The notes: generated by a model not told the origin, from the sequence alone. DNA of 64,000 bases from an uncultured Phycisphaerales bacterium (GCA_963755915.1 CAVWLP010000002.1:3008001-3072000), one strand, 5' to 3'; counted from the stretch's first letter, positions 1 through 11,736 are shown. A program made the numbers and translations.

Positions 1-207
1 CAACTGGGGATCAGTAAAATCTTTGCGGCTGAACTTCGAGCGACCCTTCAGACAGGCCAATCCCAATGCATAAGCCGCATTCAGTACCTTCCGTGGCGAT
101 TTGCAGGTCTCCATCCTGCATGATGTAACAACTCAACGCCGAATGCGCAAATTTCTGCAAGGTCGCTTCGCGTCGAGGATTGAGACAGAGCAAGAGGCAC
201 ACAAAAA

Positions 208-1587
208 ATGATGCTCAATCAATCCATCGATATTCTCCCCCATCTCCCCCCAATCCTCCGCGATTTCTCCACCCAAACCGCCAGTTCTCTCAATCTCGAC
301 CCCCTGGCCCCCATCCTCCCCATGCTCTCCGTTGCCTCCGCCGCCATCGGCAACTCCCGTCCCCTTTCCCCCACCCCCGACCTCCTCATCCGCCCCGTCC
401 TTTGGTCCGCTCTTCTCTCCCCCAAATCCCCGCGTTACGCCCACCTACTCCGTCTCATCCTCAATCCCCTCGCCCTCCACCACGCCCACATCGCCGCCAC
501 TTTTGAAAGAGATCTCGCCGACAACCAAGCCCAGCGCCAAGCCTTTAACGAACTTCCCCCCAAACACCGCCTCTCCCGCCCCCACATCGTCGAGCTCCGC
601 CACCCCATGCTCTACCTATCCGATCCCAATCCCCGCCTCATCGCCCGCAACCTCCACGCAAACCCGCGCGGCCTGCTCCTCTTCCTCGAAAACCTCCATC
701 CCGCTCTCCCCAACCTCCGCGACGAATTCTTCACCCCCTCCCCCCTCAGTTTCGACCAACCCAAATCCCTCCCCCCAACCCTCTTCATCCGCAACCCCTT
801 CCTCTCCATCACCGGCCAATTCCCCATCTCCTCGGATCCCCTGATCACCTGCTCACCTGCTCTAAATTTTCTCCTCTATTTCCCCACCCCTCCCGGCCCC
901 CTCATCCCACTCCCCGCTCTCCCTCTCTCCATCCGCCAATCCTGGCACGACCGCATCCGCACTCTCAGCGACATCCCCATGCCCGGCTTCGGCCACGACC
1001 CCCAGCCCCTTACCCTTGCCCCCGGGTCCAAAAAAATCTACATCTATGCCCACAATCGTCTTCGCCGCCTCGCCGACTCCCAATCCAACCCCATTCTCCG
1101 CGACCACCTCCACAACCTCATTCCCCTCGCCCCGCGCCTCGCCCTCATCTTCCACCTCCTCGACTCCCCCAATCCCGCGCAAGAAACCACCATCCCCACC
1201 CAACAGTTAGAGAATGCCATCACCGTCCTCGAATTCTTCCTCCATCACACCATCCATCTCCACGCCACTCTCCCCCAGCTCGCCCAAAACGACGACCCCG
1301 ACTTCGACCGCCACCTCCGCATCATCCGCTCCCTCGGCGGCGCCATCACCCCGCGCCAACTCGTCCACTCCTCCCGCTTTTTCCGCTCCTCCACCACCAT
1401 CGCCGCCTCCTTCCTCCAAAGTCTAGAAAAAGCCGGCCTCGGCCAAATCACCTGGCCCCACCACAACGGCCACCCCTCCATGCTTTTTAAACTCTTCGAC
1501 CCCGTCAACGGTAACGAAACCCCCCGTAGCACCCCCAAAAACCCCGTTTCACCAAAACCCAACCCCCATTCGCATAAACGAAAGTAG
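208..1587 (+). CDS. DUF3987/YfjI-like protein, degenerate
   Basis: 459-aa ORF. ASAAIGNSR...RPVLWSALL, NPRGLLLFLENL and RLALIFHLL resemble DUF3987 blocks. The Walker A position is eroded and the protein is very P/L/H-rich. Confidence 0.55.
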   Translation: MMLNQSIDILPHLPPILRDFSTQTASSLNLDPLAPILPMLSVASAAIGNSRPLSPTPDLLIRPVLWSALLSPKSPRYAHLLRLILNPLALHHAHIAATFERDLADNQAQRQAFNELPPKHRLSRPHIVELRHPMLYLSDPNPRLIARNLHANPRGLLLFLENLHPALPNLRDEFFTPSPLSFDQPKSLPPTLFIRNPFLSITGQFPISSDPLITCSPALNFLLYFPTPPGPLIPLPALPLSIRQSWHDRIRTLSDIPMPGFGHDPQPLTLAPGSKKIYIYAHNRLRRLADSQSNPILRDHLHNLIPLAPRLALIFHLLDSPNPAQETTIPTQQLENAITVLEFFLHHTIHLHATLPQLAQNDDPDFDRHLRIIRSLGGAITPRQLVHSSRFFRSSTTIAASFLQSLEKAGLGQITWPHHNGHPSMLFKLFDPVNGNETPRSTPKNPVSPKPNPHSHKRK

Positions 1588-1596
1588 ATATGTCCG

Positions 1597-1629
1597 GGAA
1601 CGCCCAACGCGCCGCGGTGGGGCATTTCC
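1597..1629. repeat. REP-like palindrome, intergenic variant
   Basis: GGAACGCCCAACGCGCCGCGGTGGGGCATTTCC, similar to the copies at 3271 and 5055. Confidence 0.55.
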
Positions 1630-1657
1630 ACTATTCTAAAAGACAAAAAAAACGCCC

Positions 1658-3983
1658 ATGTCCAACCCCACAGAATCCAACTTCACTCTCCCCCAGGCCC
1701 TCGCCCTCGCCCTCCAGCATCACCAGGCCGGCCGCCTCCGCGACGCCCAATCCATCTACCAAAAAATCCTCGCCGCCGATCCCAACAACCCCGACGCCCT
1801 TCACCTCCTCGGCCTCCTCTTCTCCCAATCCGGCCATCACCCCCAGGCCCTCGAATTGGTCCGCCGCGCCATCCATCTCCATCCCACCACTCCCACCTTC
1901 CACGCCAGCCTCGCGAGCATCCATCACGCCGCCGGCCAATTCAACGAATCCATCTCCTCCTATCGCCGCGCCATCGAGCTCCGCCCCGACTACGTCGAAG
2001 CCCTCTCCAACCTCGGCGGCCTCTATTTCGAACGCCGTCTCTATAACGACGCCGCCGACTGCTGCCGAGCCGTCTTAAAAATCCGTCCCGACTTCGTCAT
2101 CGCCTGGTCCAACCTCGCTCACATCCTCAACGAGCAGAAAAGATTCTCCGAAGCCCTCGATTGCGCCGACAAAGCCCTCTCCCTCCAGCCCGATTTCCCC
2201 GACGCCGCCGCCCGCGGAAATTCCCTCCGCGAGCTCGGCCGAATCGACGAATCCATCACCTGCTTCAACCAGGCTCTCACCCTCCAGCCCAACGCCCCCA
2301 AAATCCTTAACAACCTCTCCATCTCCCTCACCGCCCGAAAACGTTTCGACGAAGCCCTTTCTGCCCTCGATAAGGCCATCGCCCTCCGCCCCAACTGGCC
2401 CACCCCCTGGGTCAACCGCGCCACCACCCTCCGCGACGCCGGCCGCCCGCACGAAGCCGCCCTCGCCGCCCAGCGCGCCATCGACCTCGATCCCAACCTC
2501 CCCGAGGCCCACATCAACCTAACCGGCTCTCTCCTCATCCTCGAACGCATCGACGACGCTCTCTCCCCCGCGCCGCGCCGTCGAACTCAACCCCCGCTCC
2601 CCCGAGGCCCTCGCCACCCTGGCCTGGGCCCTCAAAGACGCCGGCGACATCCCCGCCTCCATCGCCGCCCTCGATCGCGCCCTGGACCTCGACCCCACCA
2701 ACCCCACCCATCGCAGCAACAAAATCTACACCCTCGAATTCGACCCCCGCGCCGATGCGAAGTCCTTGCTCGCCGAACAACGAAAATGGAACGACATCCA
2801 CCGCATTTCCCCCGCAATTTCCCCCTCTCCGAGTTCTCTGGGAGAGGGCAGGGGTGAGGGCGGTGAAAACCGTCGGCTGCGCATTGGTTATCTCTCCCCC
2901 TATTTCCACGGCCACGCCGAATCCTTCTTCGTCCTCCCCCTCCTGGAATCCCACGACCACGAAAATTTCGAAATCCACTGCTACAGCGACTCCATCCGCA
3001 CCGACGAAATTACCGAGCGCCTGAAGCGCACCGCCAACGTATGGCACATCACCACCGCTCTCACCCACAACCAACTCGCCGACAAAATCCGCGCCGATCG
3101 CATCGACATCCTCATCGACCTCGCCATGCACATGTCCCACAACCGCGCCCTTACCCTCATCCAAAAACCCGCCCCCATCCAGATCGCCTGGCTCGCCTAC
3201 CCCGGCGGCATCGGCCTCGACGCCATCGACTACCGCATCACCGACCCATACCTGGATCCCCCGCAACCCAGGAACGCCCACGGCGCCGCCGTGGGTTCTT
3301 CGATTACTCAAGACGAAAATTACCACGAGCAATCGATCCGCCTTCCCCACACCTGGGCCTGCTACAACCCCCTCACCGACATCCCCGCCGCTCCAATGAA
3401 CGACTCGGGCCCCCCCCGTTTCGGCTGCCTAAACAACCCCTGCAAACTCACCGACCCCACCCTCCGCCTCTGGGCCAAACTCCTCAGCGCAATCCCCGAT
3501 TCCACGCTCCTCCTCCAATCCCTCTCCCGAGAGCAGCGCGACAAAATCACCGCCATCTTCGATTCCGCCGCCGTCTCCCCCGCCCGCCTCCACTTCGTCT
3601 CGCGCCTGAACCGCGATCAATATCTCCGCCTCTACGATCAGATCGACATCGCCCTCGACCCTCTCCCCTACAACGGCATCACCACCACCTGCGACGCCCT
3701 CTGGATGGGCGTCCCCGTCATCACCCTCCCCGGCCGCACCGCCGCGGGCAGGGCGGGCCAAAGCATCCTCACCAACATCGGCCTCAATGAACTCATCGCC
3801 TCCGGCGAAGACCAATTCATCCAAATCGCCAAATCCCTTGCCGCCGATCGCCAGCGTCTGAAAGACCTTCGATCCAATTTGCGCGACCGTCTTCGCCAAT
3901 CGCCCCTGATGGATTTCCCCCAATTCGCCCGCGACATGGAATCCGCCCTTCGGCAAATATGGATCGGGGGAATCGCCCAATGA
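1658..3983 (+). CDS. TPR + O-GlcNAc transferase (SPINDLY-like, GT41); frameshift near 2570
   Basis: TPRs in ORF 1658-2857. GT41 motifs RLRIGYLSP, KPAPIQIAWLAYPG and DIALDPLPYNGITTTCDALWMGVPV in ORF 2766-3983. Confidence 0.9.
2821..2861. repeat. Palindromic element inside GT41 coding sequence (encodes SPSPSSLGEGRGEG)
   Basis: CCCTCTCC-N10-GGAGAGGG hairpin followed by CAGGGGTGAGGG; absent from the two paralogous domains. Confidence 0.7.
3271..3296. repeat. REP-like palindrome in frame within GT41 domain 1
   Basis: GGAACG-CCCACGGC-GCC-GCCGTGGG-T hairpin. Confidence 0.75.
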
Positions 3984-6900
3984 ATCTCCACCAGCAACTA
4001 ACCGCCGCGATGGCCCACCACCAGGCCGGCCGTTTCGGCGAGGCCGAACGCCTCTATCGCGAGGCCCTCGCAACCTCACCCGATTCCCCCGACGCCCTCC
4101 ACCTCCTCGGCGTCCTCCGCGCCCGAAAGGGCGCGCACTCTGAAGCCATCGATCTGATCCGCAAAGCCATCGCCCTCCAGCCCAACACCTCTGGCTTTCA
4201 CATCAATCTCGCCCGCGCCCGAAAATCCGCCGGCGATTCCAAGGGTGCCGTCGAATCCTTTCGCCGCGCCATCCAGCTCCAGCTCACCCCTCCCGAAAAT
4301 TTTGACGCCCATTATCATCTGGCCGTCTGCCTGATGAACCTGGCACAAATCGACGACGCCCTCCCCGTCGCCCGCCGCGCCGTCGAGCTCAATCCCAACA
4401 GCGGCGCCGCCCACAACACCCTTGCTTCCATCTTAAAAGAAGACGGTCAAATCGAAGCCGCCCTTGCGGAAAAGGACAAAGCCCTCGACCTCGAGCCCAA
4501 CCACCCCGTCTTCCTCAGCAACCGCGCCTACCTCCTCGAATTCGACCCGCGCTCCACGCCCCAATCCCTCCTGGCCAACCAGCGAATACTAAACCAGCGA
4601 TTCACCGAATCCCTGAAGATTCAATTCCGCCCCCACGAAAACGATCGCAACCCCAACCGCCGCCTGCGCATCGCCTACGTTTCCCCCTATTTCCGCCATC
4701 ACGCCGAGTCGTTCTTCGTCCTCCCGTTGCTGGAATCCCACGACCCCGCGCAAGTCGAAATCCACTGCTTTAGCGACTGCAACGAGCCCGATGAGATCAC
4801 CAACCGCCTCCAAAAAGCCGCCCACGTTTGGCACGAAACCGCGAGCCTTTCGCACAACCAACTCGCCGAAAAAATCCGCGCCGACCGCATCGACATCCTC
4901 ATCGACCTAGCCATGTACATGTCCCACAACCGCGCCCCGGCCATCGCCCAAAAACCCGCCCCCATCCAAATCGCCTGGCTCGCCTACCCCGGCGGCTCCG
5001 GCCTCGACGCCATCGACTACCGATTCACCGACCAGTATCTCGATCTACAATCCCGGAACGCCCACGGACTTCGGCGAGCTCAGTCGAGCCGCGCCGCCGT
5101 GGGTCCCTCGATCACCCGAGACGAAAAATACCACGAACAATCCATCCATCTCCCCACCACCTGGATCTGCTACAACCCGATGAGCAACGAGCCCCCCGCA
5201 ACCCCGCGCCCTATCGGCCCCATCCGTTTCGGCTCCGTGAACAACCCCTGCAAGCTCAACGACCCGCTCCTCGATCTCTGGTCTAAAGTCCTCCACGCCG
5301 TCCCCGATTCCCAGATATTTCTCCAGGCCAACTCCGCCGCCCATCGCGCCCGCATCCGCGCCTTCTTCGAATCCCGCGGAATCCCCGCCAACCGAGTCAA
5401 ATTCGCCGTCCGCTGCCCGCGCCCCAAATATCTCCGTGCCTACGACCGCATCGACATCGCCCTCGACCCCCTCCCCTACAACGGCATCACCACCTCCTGC
5501 GACGCCCTCTGGATGGGCGTCCCCGTCATCACCCTCCTCGGCCAAACCGCCGCCGGCCGCGCGGGTTCAAGCATCCTCCAAAACGTCGGCCTCCCCGACC
5601 TCATCGCCAAAACTCCCGACGAATTCGTGAAGATCGCCGCGAATCTCGCCGCCGACGCCCCCCGACTCGCCGACCTGCGCCAATTCCTCCGCGCCCGCAT
5701 CGAATCATCCCCCATGATGAACGCAAAAAAATTCGCCCGCGACATCGAAGCCGCCTATCGAAACGTCTGGTCCGTCTGGTGCAACCCGCGTCCCGCCGAT
5801 CCCGATCCCGATCAATTGCACGCCCTGACCGTCAAATTTGTCAATGAAAACCGCTACGCCGACGCCCTCACCACCCTCGACCAACTCCTCGAACTCCGCC
5901 CAAATTGGCCCCATGGCTGGGCCAACCGCGCCTGGCTCTTTCGCCACCTCGCCCGCGCCGAGGACGGCCTCGCCGACGCCCGCCGCGCCCTCGCCCTCGA
6001 CGCAAATTGCTCCGATGCGCATCACATTCTCGCCCTCTGCCTCTACGACCTCGGCCGCATCGACGAAGCCCTCCCCTCCGCCCAAACCGCGGTCAAGCTC
6101 AACCCGCGCGACGCCTCCTACCGAAACACCCTAGGACTCATCCTCAAAGAGGATGGCCAGATCCAACCCGCCGTCGAAGAGTTCAAGCAAGCCGTCGAGC
6201 TCGATCCCCACAACCACATCATCCACAGCGGAATGGTTTACTCCTTGGAATTCGATCCGCGAAGCACGGCCCAATCCCTCCTCGCCGAGCAGCGCCGTTG
6301 GAATCAGTTCCACGCGGTCCCCCTGAAGCACCTCATCCGCCCCCACGAAGATAATCGCGATCCCGATCGCCCCCTCCGCATCGCTTACGTCTCCCCCTAT
6401 TTCTGGGAGCACGCCGAGTCGTTTTTCGTCGTCCCCCTCCTCGAATCCCACAACCCCGCCCAGGTGGAAATCCACTGCTATAGCGACAGCAACCGCCCCG
6501 ACGCCGTCACCCAGCGCCTGAAAAAAGCCGCCCACGTCTGGCACGACGTCGCCGGTCTTTCGCACGAGCGTCTCGCCGAAAAATCCGCGCCGACCGCATC
6601 GACATCGCCATCGACCTCGCCATGCACATGGCCAACAATCGCCCCCTGACCTTCGCCCAAAAACCTGCCCCCGTCCAGATCGCCTGGCTCGCCTATCCGG
6701 GCGGCTCCGGCCTCGACGCCATCGACTACCGCATCACCGATCCCTTCCTCGATCCGCCGGAATTAGGTGATTCGGATTACCACGAAAAATCCATCCGCCT
6801 CCCCAGCACCTGGATCTGCTACGACCCCCTAAGCAGCGAACACTCCGCCGCCCCGCGCCCACCGGGCCCGATCCGTTTCGGTTCCCTCAACAATCCCTGC

Positions 6901-7438
6901 AAGCTCAACGAGCCGCTGCTAAAGCTCTGGTCCCAGGTCCTGCGCCGTCCCCGATTCCCAAATCCTCATCCAGGCCATCTCCAACGCCCACCGCGCCCGC
7001 ATCCTCTCCACTTTCGATTCTCACGGCATCTCCGCCAACCGCGTCCAATTCGCCCCGCGCTGCGCCCGAAACCAATATCTCCGCGCCTACGACCGCATCG
7101 ACATCGCCCTCGACCCCCTCCCCTACAACGGCATCACCACCTCCTGCGACGCCCTCTGGATGGGCGTCCCCGTCATCACCCTCCTCGGCCGCACCGCCGC
7201 CGGCCGCGCGGGTTCAAGCATCCTCCAAAACGTCGGCCTCCCCGACCTCATCGCCAAATCCCCCGAAAATCTCATCCAAATCGCCTCCACCCTCGCCGCC
7301 GACACCGCCCGCCTCACAGATCTCCGCTCAACCCTCCGCGCAAAATTCCAATCCTCCCCCCTCATGAACTTCCCAAAATTCGCTCGCGACATGGAAGCGG
7401 CTTACCACCAGGCCTGGAAAACCTGGTGCGCACGATGA
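3980..7438 (+). CDS. TPR-GT41-TPR-GT41 tandem O-GlcNAc transferase-like protein; frameshifts near 6580 and 6945
   Basis: ATGA overlap with the upstream stop. Two full sets of GT41 motifs across ORFs 3959-6649, 6622-7467 and 7160-7438. Confidence 0.85.
5055..5104. repeat. REP-like palindrome with nested 24-bp insert within GT41 domain 2
   Basis: GGAACGCCCACGG[ACTTCGGCGAGCTCAGTCGAGCCG]CGCCGCCGTGGGT. Confidence 0.8.
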
Positions 7439-7440
7439 CT

Positions 7441-7498
7441 ATTTCGAATTTCGGGTTTCGAATTTGATTCGAATTTCGAGTTTCGTCATTCGAATTTC
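7441..7498. repeat. TTCGAA-rich short repeat tract between convergent genes
   Basis: ATTTCGAATTTCGGGTTTCGAATTTGATTCGAATTTCGAGTTTCGTCATTCGAATTTC; overlaps the hrpB stop. Confidence 0.7.
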
Positions 7499-9967
7499 CT
7501 CCTGGCCTTCCCCTTTGCCTCCGGCTTCGCCCGAAGCGGATCATCCGGCCAGGAATGTTTCGGATACCTCACCCTCAGGTCCTTCCGCACCTGAAAATAC
7601 GTCGTTTTCCAGAAGCTCCCCAGATCATCCGTGATCTGCACCGGCCGAAAATTGGGTCCAAGCAAATGCAAAACCACCGCTACTCTCCCCGCCGCGATTC
7701 TCGGCGTATCCTGCCAGGAGAAAACCTCCTGCAAACGCACCGCCAATATCGGCGCCTGCTCCCCGCGATACTGCAGCCGAATCGCGGCTCCCGCTCGGAA
7801 CCTCCAGCGCCTCCGGTGCTTCGCGGCGAAGAACCTGATCCAGCGGATATTGAAGCCGCGCCTCCAGCGCCGCCCCAGCCCGGATCGGCGAACCTCCTCC
7901 ACGCTCCGCCTTCCCGCGCAAAGTTCGCTCAGAATCTCCCCAAGCTGCACCTCGTCGAACGTCGGCCAGGCATGCTCCGGCATCGCCCGCCGAAGCAGCG
8001 CCACGCGACTCAAAAAATTCCCCGCCTCTTCATCCGTGCCAAAAAATTCCCCCGCCCGCGCCCAAGCGCCTCAGCCAGCTTTTTCCCCGCTTTGGCCGGA
8101 TCTACCGCCGCATCCATTTCTTCGGACAGAACCAGGTCGCGATACCGCACGATCCGCCGCCCGACCACCGCCTCGCGCTGAGGATCAAACTCCGCAACCT
8201 GCTCCCGAACGATCGACTGCGGGAACATTTCCACCAGCCACCCCGACTCGATCGCACTCGCGATCCTAACCGCCGCCTCCCGGCTCGACATCCGCGGATC
8301 GCTCCGCGCATCCAGCGCAGAAAAAATTCCCCCTGCCGCACCACCGATTCCCGATCCAGCCTCACACCCCCTCCGCCCACCATCACCGCCGCCGCTGGGT
8401 CCCGCTGTCTCCGCCGGCAAACCCGATCCGGATAGCCGAAAAGCGGCAGCTTCAAAAGCGTCTCCCGATCCGGCGATCTTCGCGCCGATCCCCCCAATCT
8501 CCGCCCAATTCGCAGCAACTCCGCGCTTACCCGCCGTACATCGGGGTCCTGCGAACCATCCATCATCACCAACAAATCGCTATCCCCGATCGTCGCCGGC
8601 GCACCCTTCTTCGCCTGCCTCACCTCCTCCGAAAGTATCGCCGCCAGAATCGCCCCCTCCTCCACGCACCCTCGATCCGCAGCCTCGCACAGCATCCTTC
8701 CGATCCGCGGATGCACCGGCAATTTCATCAGCCGCCCGCCCAATTCCGTCACGCCTCGCGAATCAACCGCCCCCAGCATCTCCAGCAAATTCCTCGCATG
8801 TTCCAGCGCCTCCGGCGGGGGGGCTTCAAACCACCCGAACTCCCCCGGATCGGATTTCCCCCAGGCATGCAGATCCAGAACCGCCCCGCACAGATCGACG
8901 CGCTGGATCTCGGGCAATTCAAAATCCTCCAGCCCCGCCTGCTCTTTCGCCGACCACAGCCGCAAACATTTTCCCGGCGCGGTCCGGCCCGCGCGCCCGC
9001 TCGCTGCGTGGCCGAAGCCTTGCTGAGCCGCTTCAACTCCAGCCGATCCAATCCCCGCCGCACGTCAAACATCGGTACCCGCGCCAATCCCGCGTCGATC
9101 ACCCAGCGCACCCCTTCAATGGTCAGCGAAGTCTCCGCGATGTTCGTCGCCAGAATGATCTTCCGCCGGCTCGATGGCTCAAGCGCCGCCATCTGCTCCT
9201 CAGCCGGCAAACTCCCATACAGCGGCAGCACCGCCAAATCGTGCCGCTGCCCAATACCAGCCAGCTCGCGCTGCGCCCCCGAATCTCCTGCGCCCCCGGC
9301 AGAAAAACCAGCACATCCCCCGCGCTTTCCTTCCGGCCCACAACCTCTTCCACCGCATCCCTCACGCGCTCCACAGCCGAAACTCCGCCACCCGCCCGAT
9401 ACTCTATCTCCACCCCAAACGTCCTCCCCGGCACATCGATAATCGGGCAATCCCCCAGAAACTTCGCCGCCGGCCCCGCGTCCATCGTCGCCGACATCAC
9501 CACGATCAGCAGGTCCGGGCGCACCGTCTGTCGCATCTCCCGCAGCATGGCGATCGCCAGATCCACATGCAGCGACCGCTCATGAAACTCGTCCAGAATC
9601 ACCGCACCCACGCCCTCGAGAAACGGATCGTCCAACATCTGCCGGGTGAGCACCCCCTCCGTCAAAACCCGCAGCCGGGTCTGAGGAGTGATTCGCCTTT
9701 CAAAGCGTATCTGATACCCCACTTCCCGCCCCAGGTTCCAGCCGTTTTCCTGCGCGATTCGCGCCGCCGCCGCCCGCGCCGCAACCCGCCGCGGCTGAAG
9801 CATCACGATATTCGGATGCTCGCGGGAAAGAATCCCGTCCCGCAAAATCCCCGGCGGCACCCGCGTCGTCTTCCCCGCCCCCGGCTCAGCCACCACCACC
9901 ACCGATTTCGCTCCCGCAGCGCATCGACAATCTCCCCCAGATACCCATCAATCGGCAGCGGAATCAT
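7486..9967 (-). CDS. hrpB: ATP-dependent RNA helicase HrpB (several frameshifts)
   Basis: LPID start, AEPGAGKTT, DEFHER, MSAT, ATNIAETSLTI, and HrpB C-terminus PVQITDDLGSFWKTTY...RYPKHSWP across ORF pieces. Confidence 0.92.
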
Positions 9968-10021
9968 CTTCGCATCTTGACCGAAACGCGGCCCGATTTC
10001 ACCGCCCGCTGCGCTAGCAGC

Positions 10022-11140
10022 CTATTTCAGTTTTTCCGGATTCAGTCCCAGCAGTTCCTTTACGACAAACCGCCCATCCCGCCGGATCACTTTGCCGTCG
10101 AACCACACTTCCCCTCCGCCCGCTTCCGGCGTTTGCCGCATCACCAGGTCCCAGTGGATCTTGCTCTTGTTCCCGTTGCTCGCATCGTCGTAACAGGCGC
10201 CGGGCGTGAAGTGAATGCTGCCGGCGATTTTCTCGTCAAAGAGAATGTCCTTCATCGGCTTCGTCACGTAGGGGTTGAACCCAATCGCGAACTCGCCGAC
10301 GTACCGCGCGCCGGGATCGGTGTCGAAAATTTCGTTCAGTTTCTCGGTCGCCGAGCTGGTAGCTTCAACGATTTTTCCGTTGCGGAAAACCAGCCGCACG
10401 TCGTTGAACGTCGTGCCGCGGTAGACGGTCGGGCAGTTGTAATGGATGACGCCGTTCACGCTCGTTTTCACCGGGGCGGTAAAAACCTCGCCATCGGGGA
10501 TGTTGACCTTGCCGTCACACGGAATCGCGGGAATGCCCTTGATGCTGAAGCTAAGGTCCGTATCCCCCGGTCCCTTGAGCCGCACCGCGTCCGTCTTCTC
10601 CATCAGCTTTTTCAACGGCTGCATGGCCCGGCTCATCTTCGCATAATCCAGCGTGCAGACGTTGAAATAAAAATCCTCGAACGCCTCCGTGCTCATCTCC
10701 GCCATCTGCGCCATCGAAGGCGTCGGCCAGCGCAAAACGCACCAGCGGGTCTTCGCGATCCGCACCTCGCGATGAACCTTTTCCCACACCGTCGATTCAT
10801 AAAGCTTTTGCTTGTCCGCATGGACATCCGAAAGCTCGGAAACGTTCTGGCTGCCCCGCGCGCCGATGTAGCACTGCACCCCTTCCATCTGCAATCGCTC
10901 GACGCGGGAGATCAGGTCCCACTGCTCCTTCTGGCCCACAAGCTGGAGAGCGCGCGTGATCGGATTGCTCTTGAGCAGAACCAGCGGATGGCCGCCGGCT
11001 TTGGCCGCGTGATTGATCAGAGCGATGGTGAATTCCTCCGGCACGTCGATCGCTTCAATCAGAATCTTTTCCCCTTTTTTCACCGCGCAGGAGTAGTTGA
11101 TGAGCATATTCGCGAAGTGGTCAATGCGTGGGTCTAGCAT
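10022..11140 (-). CDS. Aminopeptidase, M29 family (AmpS/aminopeptidase T-like)
   Basis: MLDPRI start; NIPDGEVFTAP, GEFAIG, LFDEKIAGSIHFTPG and IHWDLV motifs. Confidence 0.92.
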   Translation of the reverse strand: MLDPRIDHFANMLINYSCAVKKGEKILIEAIDVPEEFTIALINHAAKAGGHPLVLLKSNPITRALQLVGQKEQWDLISRVERLQMEGVQCYIGARGSQNVSELSDVHADKQKLYESTVWEKVHREVRIAKTRWCVLRWPTPSMAQMAEMSTEAFEDFYFNVCTLDYAKMSRAMQPLKKLMEKTDAVRLKGPGDTDLSFSIKGIPAIPCDGKVNIPDGEVFTAPVKTSVNGVIHYNCPTVYRGTTFNDVRLVFRNGKIVEATSSATEKLNEIFDTDPGARYVGEFAIGFNPYVTKPMKDILFDEKIAGSIHFTPGACYDDASNGNKSKIHWDLVMRQTPEAGGGEVWFDGKVIRRDGRFVVKELLGLNPEKLK

Positions 11141-11204
11141 GGCGGTTATATACTGGAGGGGAGAGGAAGTTGCGAGTGCCGCACGTGAACGTGTGAGCGG
11201 CAGA

Positions 11205-11405
11205 TCAGCGCTGTACAGCGCCTTTGACGAGCTCTTTGGCAAGCTCATCCCCGAGCGAGCTTAGATCGAACTGGATCAGCCCTTTTCGCACCAGGGAAAG
11301 GAGGACAGGCTCCGGCGTCCGGATCGAATTGCGTCTTCGATCCGCCAGTTCAAGGAGGAACTTGCGCTCTTCGTCGGTGATGTTGATCCCGGTCGCGATT
11401 CGCAT
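11205..11405 (-). CDS. Small hypothetical protein, possibly winged-helix-like
   Basis: 66-aa ORF with GAGG upstream of the ATG; LVRKGLI...LSSLGDELA. Confidence 0.45.
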   Translation of the reverse strand: MRIATGINITDEERKFLLELADRRRNSIRTPEPVLLSLVRKGLIQFDLSSLGDELAKELVKGAVQR

Positions 11406-11465
11406 GGCCTCATAATAAATCGGTCCGATTTGTGCTGTGCTTTATTTCCAAAAACCGCCCCCCGC

Positions 11466-11494
11466 TTGAAGGGCGGCGGGTGTCGCGATACCAT
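11466..11494 (+). promoter_or_regulatory. Original host tRNA-Val promoter, displaced to the left junction
   Basis: TTGAAG-17 nt-TACCAT, 11 nt upstream of the tRNA 5' fragment at 11506. Confidence 0.7.
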
Positions 11495-11504
11495 CAAAAA
11501 GCCT

Positions 11505-11527
11505 CGGGCGATTAGCTCAGTTGGCCA
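11505..11527 (+). repeat. attL core of element 1 (tRNA-Val 5' fragment)
   Basis: CGGGCGATTAGCTCAGTTGGCCA, identical to 23040-23062. Confidence 0.95.
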
Positions 11528-11714
11528 ACACACGGCAAATGTAAGCGGGGGCGACTCCAAGCAGTTACAATCCACTGATGTTGCGAGCGCAGCATATTTG
11601 ACAGCAGTTGGTCCGGATCAGGGACTCGCAATCGTCTGCGAACGCTGGACAGCCCTACCGGCGATCTTGCGAAAAGTAATCGTGGCAATGGTCGAGGCAG
11701 CCGTGGAAAAGTAA
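11505..11714 (+). other. Orphan reading frame that becomes the integrase C-terminus in the excised circle
   Basis: RAISSVGQ-HTANV...GLAIVCERWTALPAILRKVIVAMVEAAVEK*, in the same phase across the core as int 21669. Confidence 0.7.
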
Positions 11715-11736
11715 CAGCACATTGCAGTCCTATCGG

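Noticed and set aside
11-202. Small CDS at the window edge
   Set aside because: No recognisable motif or RBS, so it cannot be supported.
9977-11137. Long + strand ORF (and similar ones at 26660-28036, 53040-54413, 56519-57463)
   Set aside because: These are antisense shadows of clearly recognisable genes in high-GC DNA.
11506-11527. Second tRNA gene
   Set aside because: Only the first 22 nt match and no anticodon or T arm follows; it is the att duplicate.
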